Shown here piece after piece: positions 1-13,200 of a stretch of DNA of 64,000 nt. A program made the position numbers and the translations under genes. Source of the stretch: Ascoidea asiatica JCM 7603 (lineage: Eukaryota; Fungi; Ascomycota); contig BCKQ01000014.1 of assembly GCA_001600695.1 (NCBI GenBank), positions 255,872-319,871 of the forward strand, written 5' to 3'. The notes beneath the pieces are model-generated. The model searched no databases, was not told the DNA's origin, and worked only from the letters and a program-made list of their open reading frames with translations. The first letter of the stretch is position 1. Every line of letters begins with the position of its first letter.

Positions 1-1171
1 GACAATCTTAACTCGGTTAATTTCACAATATCATAATTATTCTTCTTTTTTTTAATCCAATTAATTGATAACTTTATCTAAGAAATTTTTGATTTACAAT
101 TTAAAAGCTTTATTACTTAAGAAACAAGGAATAATTTCTTCTTTTATTATTAAAGTTACCTAAATAATCGAAAATTAAAATTAAAAAAGTAAAAGTATAC
201 TCGCATTAACACATGGTTTCTTTTTTTTTTTTTTTTTTAACTCTGTTATTTAATATGATCTACAATTAATGTAATAAAAGCATTTACTGTTTGTATTCCA
301 TGTTTAATTTTTATGTAATTCAATTACGATCTCTTAAAGACAAACTATTACTATTAAGACTAACGTTACAGTTATCATTAATGTACAATAGTACACTTAA
401 TTAATTTTTCAAATTTGTAATATATTTTTTTTAAATTAATATACAGTATATTAGGGAATGTCAAAAGTAATATAATTATACAATAATTTAAATATAATTT
501 TAATAATAGTTAAAATACAACATGAGAATATTAAAAAAAAAAAAAAAATTCTGGATTGCAGGATTAAATTGAAATTAATCCATGAAATTCAGAGTATAAA
601 TTCTCTTAAACTGATTTTTAATAAAAGGAAACCGAAGACAAAAACCCAAAATGAAATTATAATAATTCTCTTGTACTCGGATAAATATCATTATTTATAT
701 ATTTATTCATCTATTTACCTTAATATTATAAATTAATGGCATATGTATTGATTGATATTGATAATAAACTTTTTTTCGTATTGAATAATATAACTAGTTG
801 TTAATAAACTGTATTAAAAGATAATATTAATGAAAATATTATCACCTTTTAAAGCATTTTTTTAAGAATATTTAAGATAAATTAAAAACATAAATGGATA
901 AAAGAAATTGATTCATTTAATAGTATCAGAATTACTACTAATAATAATTAATAGTAATTAAAATAATTAAAAAAAGCGAATACTAAGTTGTATGTATAAA
1001 TAAATTTTAATGGAGATGATATAATATAATTGGATAATTAATAAAATTATGAAATAAACCGAGTAAGAATTATTTTAATGGAAGTTTAAAAACAAGGGAT
1101 AATATTGAATTTTATGTTATGTTATTAGTTATCAGAGTTAAAAAAGTAATTATAACCACAATGGCCATATT

Positions 1172-1296
1172 GTTGAGATATCATTGAGATATATTGAAAT
1201 ATTATTGAGATATATTGAAATTTTATTGAAACGAATTAGATGATTTGAATGATATGAATGATATGAATGATATGAATGATATGAATGATATAAAAA
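1172..1296 (+). promoter_or_regulatory. Repeat-built promoter of the secreted-peptide gene: ~6 (A)TTGA(G/A)A units at 10-11 bp period, (TGAATGATA)x5, then TATAAAAA
   Basis: Repeats read directly at 1172-1230 and 1246-1290; TATAAAAA at 1289-1296, 114 nt upstream of the ATG at 1403. Confidence 0.55.
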
Positions 1297-1402
1297 GTGG
1301 ATAGTTTCCTAAGTTTTTAAATTGAATTATTTCTTTTAATAATTATATCATTATATATTATTCATTATTAAATATCATTATATACTTATCATAATACTCA
1401 AA

Positions 1403-1582
1403 ATGCGTTTCAATTATTTAATTTTAGGATTATTTGCAGCTTCAACAGTATTTTCAGCACCAACACCAATTTCAAAACCTGAAGCAGATGCAGTTGCAGA
1501 TGCAGAAGCAGTTCCTCAACCAAAACCAACTGAAAATTGTAGTTTTTATGCTAGATTAACAAGACGTTTTTGTGTTGCTTAA
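1403..1582 (+). CDS. Small secreted prepropeptide, 59 aa: signal peptide, X-Ala/X-Pro dipeptide prosegment, Cys-x10-Cys mature peptide
   Basis: Manual translation (below ORF-track cutoff): MRFNYLILGLFAASTVFS-APTPISKPEADAVADAEAVPQPKP-TENCSFYARLTRRFCVA*. AAAATG start context, host-like A/T-ending codons, GC richer than flanks. Confidence 0.8.
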   Translation: MRFNYLILGLFAASTVFSAPTPISKPEADAVADAEAVPQPKPTENCSFYARLTRRFCVA

Positions 1583-2114
1583 TTGAATTTAAAAAATGGA
1601 TTAAAAAAATGGAAATTAAAATGGAAATTAAAATGAAAATGAAAATGAAAATGAAAATTAAAATAAAAATAATAATTCAATAGGAATCTTAATTAATTTA
1701 TTTTAATTTTGATTTAAATTTTTGAAATTTAAAAATGTTTAATTCAAATAACTAGTTTAAATCATTTCAATTTATATTTTCAATTAATTCTTCACTTCAA
1801 TTCTTTTACTTCTCTTACTCTTTCTTAACTTCTTTTTAACTTCTTTCAAATTGCTTTATATATATGAAATAAATATAATGAATAACTATATTAAAAACTC
1901 AACCAAACAATCTGTAAAACAATGACAATGTAATAGAAATTGGGATATTTTCTTAGTTTATTATTTGATACTAATCTACTAAAAATTGTAAATTATAAAT
2001 GCAATTGAGATAGTAATCATCAAATATCATCAATAAATATGAAGTAAAACAACTTTCAATACTCTTCTTGTAATCTTCTTTAATATATTATATTCATTTA
2101 ATTTCAGAATGCTG

Positions 2115-2267
2115 ACGCGTTGATTACGTAATTGTTTTTTTTTAATAACGCGTCATTTGAAAATTATTAAAATTTATTTATTTTTTCGTGTTGTTTTGTT
2201 TTTTTTTTCTTTTTTGGTTTGTTTCGCGTTTTCTGAAACTTGACGCGTCTGAGCCTGACACACGAAA
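2115..2267. promoter_or_regulatory. MCB/SCB cluster (MBF/SBF G1/S elements) upstream of CDC6
   Basis: ACGCGT at 2115, 2148 and 2243; TTTCGCGT at 2222; CACGAAA at 2261 and on the minus strand at 2184-2190, in otherwise CpG-poor DNA. Confidence 0.85.
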
Positions 2268-2836
2268 TCAAAAAAAGGTTTATTTTCACTGTTGTTTACC
2301 ATTGTTTAAAGCTTTTATTTCTTCAATCTCGTTTGATTCGACTTTTTATTTATATTATATTATTATTATTACTATTATTGTTATCAATAATAATATTATT
2401 GTTTATATTTACTTATTTACTTATTTATTTATTTATCTTTTTCTATTTAGAACAAATATTAAATATGCTTCAAATTAAATAAAGAATGTATATTATCCTT
2501 TATTATACTTAATTATATCAATCATTTTATTTGAAACTTTTATTTCATCATTTCTTATATCATATCATATACCATTTCAATTATCTTTATATTCTAATTT
2601 CATTATTCTAAATTCAATCTATCATAATCAAACTATCTAAAATATCTAAATCATTAAAGCATTCTAAATATCATTCATTCTAAATATCATTTTCTGTATA
2701 CTTATATTACTTTTCTATTTATATCCTATTTCATATCCTAATATTATATTTAATTTAATATTTAACTATACAATATTTTCAAATTATTATCTTATATTCT
2801 ATAATTATTTAATCATATAAATAATTCAATTTAAAA

Positions 2837-4217
2837 ATGGAAAATTCTTCAAATTTAGTTAAAAAAAGAACTTCTTCTCAAGCTTTATTATCTTCTCAAA
2901 ATGAAAATCCAAAAAAATTTATTAGAGTTTTAAATAATTTAAATATAAATAAAAATAATATAAATATTTCTAATAATATTTCAATAAATAAAAGAATTAC
3001 AAGAAATTCAAAAAAAAATTATTTATTAAATAATAAAAGATCTTTAAGATCAAATTCAAATTCAAATTCAAGATCAAGATCAAGATCAAATTCAAATTCA
3101 AATTCAAATTCAAATATTGAAAATTTTTTAAATTCTTCTTTAATTTCTCCATTATCTTCTCCATTATCTCCTTCAAATAAAAAAAATCAATCATTTAATA
3201 TTAATAAAGATAATGAACCAATAACAAATTTACAATTTAAAGATAATTTAATTTTATTAACTCCTCCAAAATCTTCAAAATCAAAAAGAAATATTTTATC
3301 TCCTTCTAAAAAAGTTAATTTTTCAAATAATATTATCAATAGTAATAATAATAATAATAATAATCATTCTAAACAATCTGAGATTATAGATATTGATGAT
3401 GACGATGATGATAATCAAGAAAACATACCTTTAATAAATATTAAAAAACCAATAATATCCCCAAAGAAAAAAAGAATAACAAAAATAAATCAACTTTTAA
3501 ATACTCCAGAGAAAATAATTGAAAAAAAACAAGAGAAAAAAATAATTCAAATAAATCATGAGCAGAAACTACAAATTCAAAATCAAATTCAAAATCAAAA
3601 TTTAAATCAAAATTTAAATCTTAAAGATAAATTAATTAGAAATGAATCTGTTTATACAAAAGCTAAAAGAATTTTTCAAAAAAATAATAATATTACTGAA
3701 AATACTGATAATAATATTAAAGATTCAAATTCATATACTTTAACTGGTAGAGAAAATCAATTTAATAAATTAAATAATTTTATTAATGATAATATCTCAA
3801 ATTTAATTTCAAATTTTTTATATATTTATGGTCCTCCAGGTACTGGTAAAACTATTCAAACATTAAATTATTTAAAATATTTCATCAATACTCATTCAAA
3901 TAATAATTCAACTACTAACAATAATAATATATTTAATATAAAAATAAATAATAAATCTTTTAAAATTTCTATAACTAAAATAAATTGTATGGGTTTAATA
4001 AGTACAAATTCATCTTCAAATAATTTTAAAAATTTATATTTATCAATATTAAAAAATTTTAATATTGAATTCTCAAATTCATCAACTTATCCAAAATTTA
4101 TCAATTCAAATAATGATTTATCACCAAAAGAATTAGTTATAAAATTATTTTCAAATAGAAAATTCTCAAATCATAATATTTTATTATTAGATGAATTAGA
4201 TTCAATAATTTTACCAA

Positions 4218-4253
<36 letters not shown>

Positions 4254-5338
4254 GTAATAGTAATAGTAATAATCTTATAAATCAAGAATTATTTGAATTA
4301 TTTTCAATGACTTTAAATAATAATTCAAATTTAAATAAATTAATAATTATTGGAATTTCAAATACTTTAGATTTAAATGATAAAATTTTACCAAGATTAC
4401 GAATAAATGGTTTAAAATTAAATTTAATTTCATTTAAATCATATAATTCAATTGAAATTTCAAATATTATAAAATTTAAATTAAATCAAATTAATTCTTT
4501 AAATATTTTTAATCCTTCAAGTATAATGTTAATTTCAAAAAAATGTTGTAATTTTGGAGATTTAAGAAAAGTTTTTGAAATTTGTTATAAAAGTATAGAA
4601 TTAGTTGAAAATCAAGTTAAAGAATTATATTTAAGAAATGAAAATAATTTAAAAAATTTTTTTGAATTAAATTTTAATAATTGTCCAAAAATTAATTTAA
4701 TTCATATTTCAAAAATTTTTTCAAATTTAAGTAATGATACATATAGTAAATTTCAAAAATTAAATTTACAAACTCAAATTGTTTTATGTTGTCTTTTAAA
4801 TTATGAAGATAAAGTTAATAAAATTATTGAAGAATTTAATAATAATAATAATAATAAAAAAATTAATGGAAATAATGAAATTGAGAATGAAAAATATAAA
4901 TTAAAAGAAGAAAATATTGAATTAATGAGACATAAATTTAAAAATGAATTAATACCTTCAGAAATGACTAATAATAATAATAATAAAGAAAATAAAGATA
5001 AAGAAAATTCAATGATGAAATATTTAATTAATATTAATGAATTTTATCATTATTATAAAAAATTATTAAAACCAGATAGAGTTATATCATCATTATCAAA
5101 ATTTGAATTTATTGAAATTATTACAAATTTAGATTCTTTAAGTTTAATAAATTTATCAAATAATAATAAAAATAATAATGGTAAACTTGGAAATAAAAAT
5201 ATAAGTAATTTTTGTTCAAGAAATATTGGATCTGCAATAAATAAAAAACAAATAATGAAAATTGCAGAAGATATTGTATTTCTACGAAAAATTTTAAATA
5301 ATAAAGAAGATCTTAATAAATTATTAGGAAAAAAATAA
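2837..5338 (+). CDS. CDC6: AAA+ ATPase replication initiator Cdc6
   Basis: LTGRE motif, Walker A GPPGTGKT, INC, Walker B LLLDELD, IGISNTLDL, GDLRK; N-terminal S/TP CDK sites; MCB promoter. Confidence 0.93.
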
Positions 5339-5871
5339 ATAATTTTTTATAAAGTATATAGAATTTGTATAGTATTAAAATTTTGATAAATTAAGTAATA
5401 TATTTCATGATCAAATAATTAGTTTTTTTTTCTATTGTAGTTTTACAAAGACTTTTTATTTAATTGAGAAATCTCTTTTAGTCTCTGAAATTGAAAAAAA
5501 TAATCTATATTTATTTTATAAAAACTTTTCATCTTTTAGATTCAATTGAAAAGCATTTTATCCTTTAAAGTATTCTAACAAACTTGATAAAAATTGTTTC
5601 CTTTACATTTCTGTCCAAGTACTCCACTATTTCAGTATATTCTAGAATTCAAATAATACTCACTTTTTCATTTTAATTAGATAATCGAATAAATGCTGAA
5701 TGAATCAAGTTAAATAACCACTGCCTCAATGGAACTGATTAACAGAAGAATATCATTTCACTTCAATTATATCGTACAACAGTAGTTCAATTCAAATATC
5801 AATATCAGTGAGTTTGAATAAAAATGGCCCAATTCGGAAATATTCTGAGGTTATACACTTTTTGTGGGTTA

Positions 5872-5999
5872 AAACCACCAACATGGGTGGAATGCACAAA
5901 CACATTCAAGTGCCGAGGAGTGCGTCACGTTTCAAACCACCTACATGGGTCTAATAACACAAAGCCAGTTCTGTGGATGCTCTTCCTTCAAATCACATG
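5872..5999. promoter_or_regulatory. HSF1 upstream region with a ~30-bp direct repeat, a CCAGTTCTGTGGAT motif and a Cbf1-type site ATCACATG
   Basis: AAACCACC(A/T)ACATGGGT..AAT..CACAAA at 5872-5900 and 5934-5963; ATCACATG at 5992-5999. Confidence 0.55.
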
Positions 6000-6344
6000 A
6001 CTCCTTTTTTTTTCGTCTTTGTTAGAAAAACGGGTGAATACGCCGCTAACATCAACGCTAACATTATTGTTAATGTTACTAAATTTTATGCTTTTCTTTC
6101 ATTATCTCAATAATAATAATAATAATAATAAAGTAAAGTAAAGTAAAGTAAAATAAAATAAAATAAATAGGTCAGTGAAGAAAAGAACCAGATTGGGATT
6201 TGAAATTAAATTTAATCAACTTCAATACTATTCCTTTCTTTTCTTTTCTTTTTTGATCATTTTTTTTTTTAGATATAAATAAATCATAAGTTCATCACAT
6301 TCAAAATCCTTTTTTTTTTAATTCTTTTCAGATAAAGTTCAATA

Positions 6345-6480
6345 ATGGCGTCAAATACTCTGAATAGTTTCAATAATAATAATAATAATAATAACAATCA
6401 TATCAATTATAATATTGATAATATAAATACCACTAATGAAAATGAAAATATAAATGAAAATGAAAATGAAAATGAAAATG

Positions 6481-6514
<34 letters not shown>

Positions 6515-9028
6515 ATTACAATTACAAAGTCCATCTGATTTAAATATTGATATTAATTCAATAATTAATTCTATATATAATGATTCAAATCAAAATCATA
6601 TTCAAAATAATGATAATCAAAATCAAATTGATAATATTATTGCAAATATATCTTCAAATTCTCTCATTGATGCTAATATATCTTCTAATTTAAATAATAA
6701 TATAAATAATAATATAAATCCAAATATAGATCCTCAGAATGATAATATTAATATTGATAATATAATAAATAATAATGAAAATAATAATTCTAATAATAAT
6801 AATAATAACATCAATAATAATTCATTAATTTTATCTCCATATAAACAACATAGATCTTTAGTTGACTTTTCTCCAAAACCAATTCTTTCAAATGTATCTA
6901 ATGATTATATAAATCAAAAAGATATTGATGAAATTATTAATGGTAATTTCTTATCAAATTCAAATTCTAATCCAATTTCAAATACCATTTCAAATACCAT
7001 TTCAAATACCATTTCAAATACAAATACAAATACAACTTCAAATTCAATTTCAAATAATAATACAAATTCAAATATAAATACAAATTTAAGTAATAATAAA
7101 GATTTAACAACTGTAAATAATCAAAATTCATTTCCATATATAAATTTACCACAAAATATTTATGATAATTTAAATAATAATTTAAAATTATCAAAAAATT
7201 CTTCTTCTTTATCAACAATTCCAAATTTAAATTTAAATCATATATCAAATTTAAATTTAAATAATCTTAATAATTTAAATAACTTAAATAACTTAAATAA
7301 CTTAAATAACTTAAATAATCTAAATAGAAAATTATCTCTTAAAAAACAAATAAATTCAAAAAAAAAAATTAATAATTCAAATTCAAAAAATAGACCTGCT
7401 TTTGTAATGAAACTTTGGTCAATGGTTAATGATAAATTTAATTCAAATTATATTCAATGGATGCCAAATGGTAAATCTTTTAAAGTTATTAATAGAGAAT
7501 CTTTTATGAAAAATATTTTACCAAAATATTTTAAACATAATAATTTTGCAAGTTTTGTAAGACAATTAAATATGTATGGTTGGCATAAAGTTCAAGATAT
7601 TTCAAATAATTCAAATAATTTAATAACTTCAAATTCAAATACTTCCAGTAATTCAAATACTTCCAATAATACAAATAATCCTGGTAATCCAAATGAAGTT
7701 TGGCAATTTGAATCTCCATATTTTCAAAGAGATAGAGAAGATTTATTAGATAATATTGTTAGAAATAAATCAAGTAAAAATGATGAAATTGAAGAAGAAA
7801 TTGATTTAAATATAATTTTAAATGAAATTGAAAGAATTAAAATGTCTCATAATTTAATTACAAATGATTTAAAAAGATTATCAAATGATAATACTATGCT
7901 TTGGAAAGAAGTTTATAATAATAGAGAAAGAGTTAAAAAACAAACTGAAACTTTAAAATTAATGATGGGTTATTTAGCAGGAATTTTTAGTAATACTCAA
8001 TATAAAAATAAATTTGAATCATTATCATTTATGAATAATTTAAATAATTCAATTAATAATAAAAATATTAATAAAAATAATAATATTAATAATAATAATA
8101 ATATAAATAATATAAATAATATTAATAATTCAATTTCAAAAACTATTACTGATAATTCTAATTCTAATATTATAAGTGATGAATTAATTAATTATAATCC
8201 AAATAAAAATTATTCAAATTATAATGATTTGAATGATTTGAATGATTTAAATGATTTGAATGATTTAAATGGAATAAATAATAATAATAATAATAGCAAC
8301 ATAAATAATATTAATAATGAAACAAATATGGATAATAATAGTAATAATTTTGTAATTCAAACTTCTCTGTATAATACAAAACAAAGATTAATGTTAACAA
8401 ATTTTGCAAATAATAGTAATAATAATACACCAGAATCTATAAATTCTTTTAATAATTTAAATAATAATAAATTAGAAAATTTTAATCCAGAAAAAATTAC
8501 ATTTTATAATAATTTAGTATCAGAAAATAATTCTAAAATTTCTAATATTGATAATCCACAATCAATTTCTCCATTTTTAGATTCAAATTCAAATTTAAAC
8601 TCAAATTCTAATTCTAATTTAAATATAAATATAAATGCAAGTATAACTGATCCAAATGTAATACCTGTTTTAAATTCTTCTAAAAAAGATATTTCAAATC
8701 TTGTAAATAATGGAAATCAAAATTTAAATATTAATCCAATTATAAATGATATTCATTCATTTAGTAATAATATTGATTTAAATCCAAGTATAAATACAAT
8801 ACCAAGTGTTAATATAACTCCAAGTATTAATTTAAATTCAAATAATAATAGTATTTCTAATAGTATTCCTATTAATGGATCTAATATACCAAATAAATTA
8901 CAAAATGGAAATTCATTATTAACAAATAAAAAACAAAATTTAGGATCTGAATTTTTAAGTTCACCAGGTGATATATCAGAATATGAATCTCCAAATTTTA
9001 TTAATGCATTAGGATCACCTTTAAATGA

Positions 9029-9102
<74 letters not shown>

Positions 9103-9494
9103 TAAATAATAATGGAGAAGAATTTGAACAAATTACAAATAATCTTAAAAAACAAGAAGAATCAATAAAAAATTTAGAAGATATTATGGAAAAATATAAT
9201 TATACAAATAATTTAAATAATTTAAATAATTTAAATAATCATAATGATATAGATAATTTTGATATTGTAACAAATGGAACAGAATTTATTGATACAAATC
9301 ATTTTATTAATGATGATTTTATTTTAAGTCCATCAAGTCCAAATAATTTAAATAATTTAAATAATAATGAACAAATTTCAACAGAATTTAATAATATTAA
9401 TTCAATAAAAAGACCAGCTATTGATTTTTCTATACCTAATGGATCTATAGAAGAATTACCTTCAAAAAAAAGAAAAAGTGATAAATTTTCATAA
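6345..9494 (+). CDS. HSF1: Heat shock transcription factor, extremely Asn-rich
   Basis: HSF DNA-binding domain RPAFVMKLWSMV...YFKHNNFASFVRQLNMYGWHKV...WQF, trimerisation heptad region, CE2-like RLMLTN. Confidence 0.95.
9030..9100 (+). repeat. (AAT)n microsatellite encoding poly-Asn in Hsf1
   Basis: More than 20 consecutive AAT triplets. Confidence 0.9.
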
Positions 9495-9520
9495 GTGATT
9501 ATTTGAATTTTATTTATTTA

Positions 9521-9558
9521 TATGATATGATATGATATGATATGATATGATATGATAT
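9521..9558 (+). repeat. (TATGA)n pentanucleotide microsatellite in the HSF1 3' region
   Basis: About 7 tandem TATGA units. Confidence 0.85.
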
Positions 9559-10288
9559 GTATTTTGTAATTTTAATAGCTATTTTTAGTCTAAATTATGT
9601 AGTTTTAGAAATAGATTAAAAATTTGGTTTGGATTGGTTTAACTATATGGTAGTATTGTTTAAAATAGAGTAATTAAACTTTTATTATCTTGGTTATTGA
9701 TATAGACTTTATTTTGAATATTGGTTTATTAAGAAGAAATAATTACTGCATATGAAATTAGATAGAATTTCTCAATCATCAAATATTTAAAGATATTTTT
9801 GATATTGAGTATCAATATTCTCATTTCTAAAATTGAATTGGAATTTGATTTATAATTTGTAGAATTCTGAAAGATTAAAACTATTCTTATTATCAAAAAA
9901 GAAAGAAAGTATCTTAAATAACAAGTGCAATTGGCATTGAATAAAACAATGAAATAAAATAAAAAACAGTTAAACAATTTTAGATTAAAAAGATAACGAG
10001 ATTATAGAACAAACCAAAAGAGGGAATCCGCCCGAGGGTATAAACTCAAAAAGTCAGGTGATTAAACCCGAATAAAGCCGAAATTCAATCTGGATTGGCC
10101 ACGGATCCGGATTATCCGCGGATTGTTTTCAATCTCGGCAGAAGAAACAAGAAAAGAAGAAACAAAAGAAGCAGAAGAAGCTGCAGAAGCAGAAGCAGAA
10201 GAAATATCGCCACCAGATTCAAAAGAAGGTAGAATATCTGAAGAAGAGAAGAAGAAGAAGATAGTTACATCTATTATAGCTCATTTCA

Positions 10289-13200
10289 ATGGAAGAAATA
10301 AAGAAAGTAGTAACATTTAAAAAAATCTCAAAACTTCTTTCAAAAGAATTAGAATTAAATGAAAATGATGAAAATTTAAAAACTTTATCACAATTTATAA
10401 TTGAATTAAATTTAAATTCAAAAAATTTAAAAGAATTTAAAATTTCTTTAATTAATAATGATGCTGAATTTAATGATGATTTAATTAATCAAATTTATAA
10501 TATTATTCATAATTCTCATCCAAAATTTTCAAATTTAAATAAAATTAATGATGAAGTGAAAAAAAGTATTCCTATAAAACTTCAAAAACAAAGTAATGGA
10601 AATGATATTCATTATATAGATCATGATGATAATATTAATGATAATAATCATAATAAGATAAAAAGACAGAAACAAAATGAAAATGAAAATCAAAATCAAA
10701 ATAAAAACAAAAAAGAAAATTTATATGAAGATGAATATCCAATTTTAAATAAAATTTATTATGCAAAAGTTAAAAATATAACTAAATTTGGTTGTTTTTT
10801 AAAAATTAATCAAATTAAAAATTCTCCAGATGCTTTATTACATATATCTCAAATTTCAAATGAAAAAATTGAAAATTTAAATGATATTATTTCAATTAAT
10901 GATAATCTTTTTGTTAAATTAATAAAATTTGATAAAATTAATAATAAATTAAATTTATCAATGAAAAATATTGATCAAAATTTAGGTATAGAAATTATTC
11001 AAGATAATAATAATATTAGTAATAATATTTCAAGAAAAAGAAATAATAACTCCTATAAAGGAACTGGTAGTAATGCAATTGATCTTTCAAGAGGTAGACC
11101 TGAAGAAAAAATTGCAATTCATGATAATTCTTCTAAAAAAAGATTAAGTTCTCAAGAAAGATTTGAATTACAACAATTAAAAGCTTCTGGTTTCTATTCC
11201 AATGATGATTCTAATAATAATAATTCCATTATTTCAAATAATAATAATAATATTAATAATAATAAATTTAAAATAAATTTAGAAAATGATTTTCATGAAG
11301 ATTTTGAAGATGAAATTGAAAATGAATTTGATAATGAAGAAGATATTCAAATTGAAATTAATAATGATATACCTCCATTTTTAGGAAATGGTAATAATAA
11401 TAAATTTTTAAAAAAATTTCAAATTGATGATAATTTTTCAAATAAAATTATTAAAAATCCAGAAGGTAGTTTAAATAAAAGTATTTCAATTGGTTCAAAA
11501 CTTTTATTAGAATTTAAAGAAAAAAAATTACAACAATTAAAACAATTAAGATTCAATTCAATTGAAAAAAAAAAATTATCAAGAATAAATGATCCAATGT
11601 TTAATAATAATAATAATAATAATAATAATATTAGTACTAATAACAATGAAGATGATAACATAATTAATGAAATTGATGAAAATTTTAATTGGAAATCAAA
11701 TAAAAGAAATAAAGATATTTCATTTGGTAAAAAATCAAAATTATCAATTAAAGAACAAAAAGAATCTTTACCAATTTTTAAAATGAGAAATCAATTAATT
11801 TCTTTATTAAATAATAATCAATGTATTGTAATAATTGGTGAAACTGGTTCTGGTAAAACAACTCAAATTCCTCAATTTTTAGAAGAAGAAGGTTTTTCAA
11901 ATCCTGGTAATGGTATGATTGGTATTACTCAACCAAGAAGAGTTGCTGCAGAATCTGTTGCAAAAAGAGTTGCTGAAGAAAAAAATGTTTATTTAGGTGA
12001 TGAAGTTGGTTATACAATTCGTTTTGATGATAGAACTTCTCAATATACTTCAATAAAATATATGACTGATGGTATGCTTCAAAGAGAAGCTTTAATTGAT
12101 CCAGATATGACTAATTATAATGTTATAATGTTAGATGAAGCTCATGAAAGAACAATTGCAACTGATATTCTTTTTGCTTTATTAAAACAAGCTGCAAAAA
12201 GAAGACCAGATTTAAAATTAATTATAACTTCTGCAACTTTAGATGCTGAAAAATTTTCAAAATATTTTGATAATTGTCCAATTTTAAATGTACCCGGAAG
12301 AACATTTCCAGTTGAAATAATTTATTCAAAAGAGCCTGAATATGATTATTTTTCTGCAACTTTAGATTCAATTGTTAAAATTCATATTTCTGAACCAAAA
12401 GGTGATATTTTAGTTTTTTTAACAGGTCAAGAAGAAATTGATACATGTTGTGAAATTTTGAATCAAAGAATGAAAACTTTAGGTAAATCAATTCCTGAAT
12501 TAATAATTTTACCTGTTTATTCTGCTTTACCAGGTGAAATGCAAAGTAAAATTTTTGAACCATCTCCAAATGGTTCAAGAAAATGTGTTATTGCAACAAA
12601 TATTGCTGAAACTTCAATTACTATTGATGGAATTTATTATGTTATTGATCCTGGTTTTGTAAAAATGAATGCTTATGATCCAAAATTAGGAATGGATTCT
12701 TTAATAATATCTCCAATTTCTCAAGCTCAAGCAAAACAAAGAGCTGGTAGAGCTGGTAGAACAGGACCTGGAAAATGTTATAGATTATATACTTCAAAGG
12801 CTTATGAAACTGAAATGCAACCAAATTCAATACCTGAAATTCAAAGACAAAATTTATCAAATACAATTTTAATGTTAAAAGCTATGGGTATCAATGATTT
12901 ATTAAATTTTGAATTTATGGATCCACCTCCTGAACCAATTTTAACTACAGCTTTAGAAGAATTATATAATTTATCTGCTTTAGATGAAGAAGGACTTCTT
13001 ACAAGATTAGGTAGAAAAATGGCAGAATTTCCAATGGATCCTTCATTAGCAAAATCTTTAATTACTTCTGTAGATATGAAATGTTCAATAGAAATGTTAA
13101 CTATAGTTTCAATGCTATCAGTACAAAATATATTTTATAGACCAAAAGATAAAAAAGAAATTGCTGATAGAAAAAAAGCAAAATTTAATAATCGTTATGG

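Noticed and set aside
1571-1582. C-terminal CVA as an a-factor-like CAAX box
   Set aside because: Only two residues follow the Cys, and a signal peptide would route it away from cytosolic farnesyltransferase
2188-2482. Two hydrophobic ORFs upstream of CDC6
   Set aside because: Non-ATG starts; low-complexity translation of the T-rich promoter that holds the MCB cluster
10123-10320. Glu-rich 65-aa ORF overlapping the PRP22 start
   Set aside because: TTG start; arises from GAA-rich leader sequence; no recognisable domain
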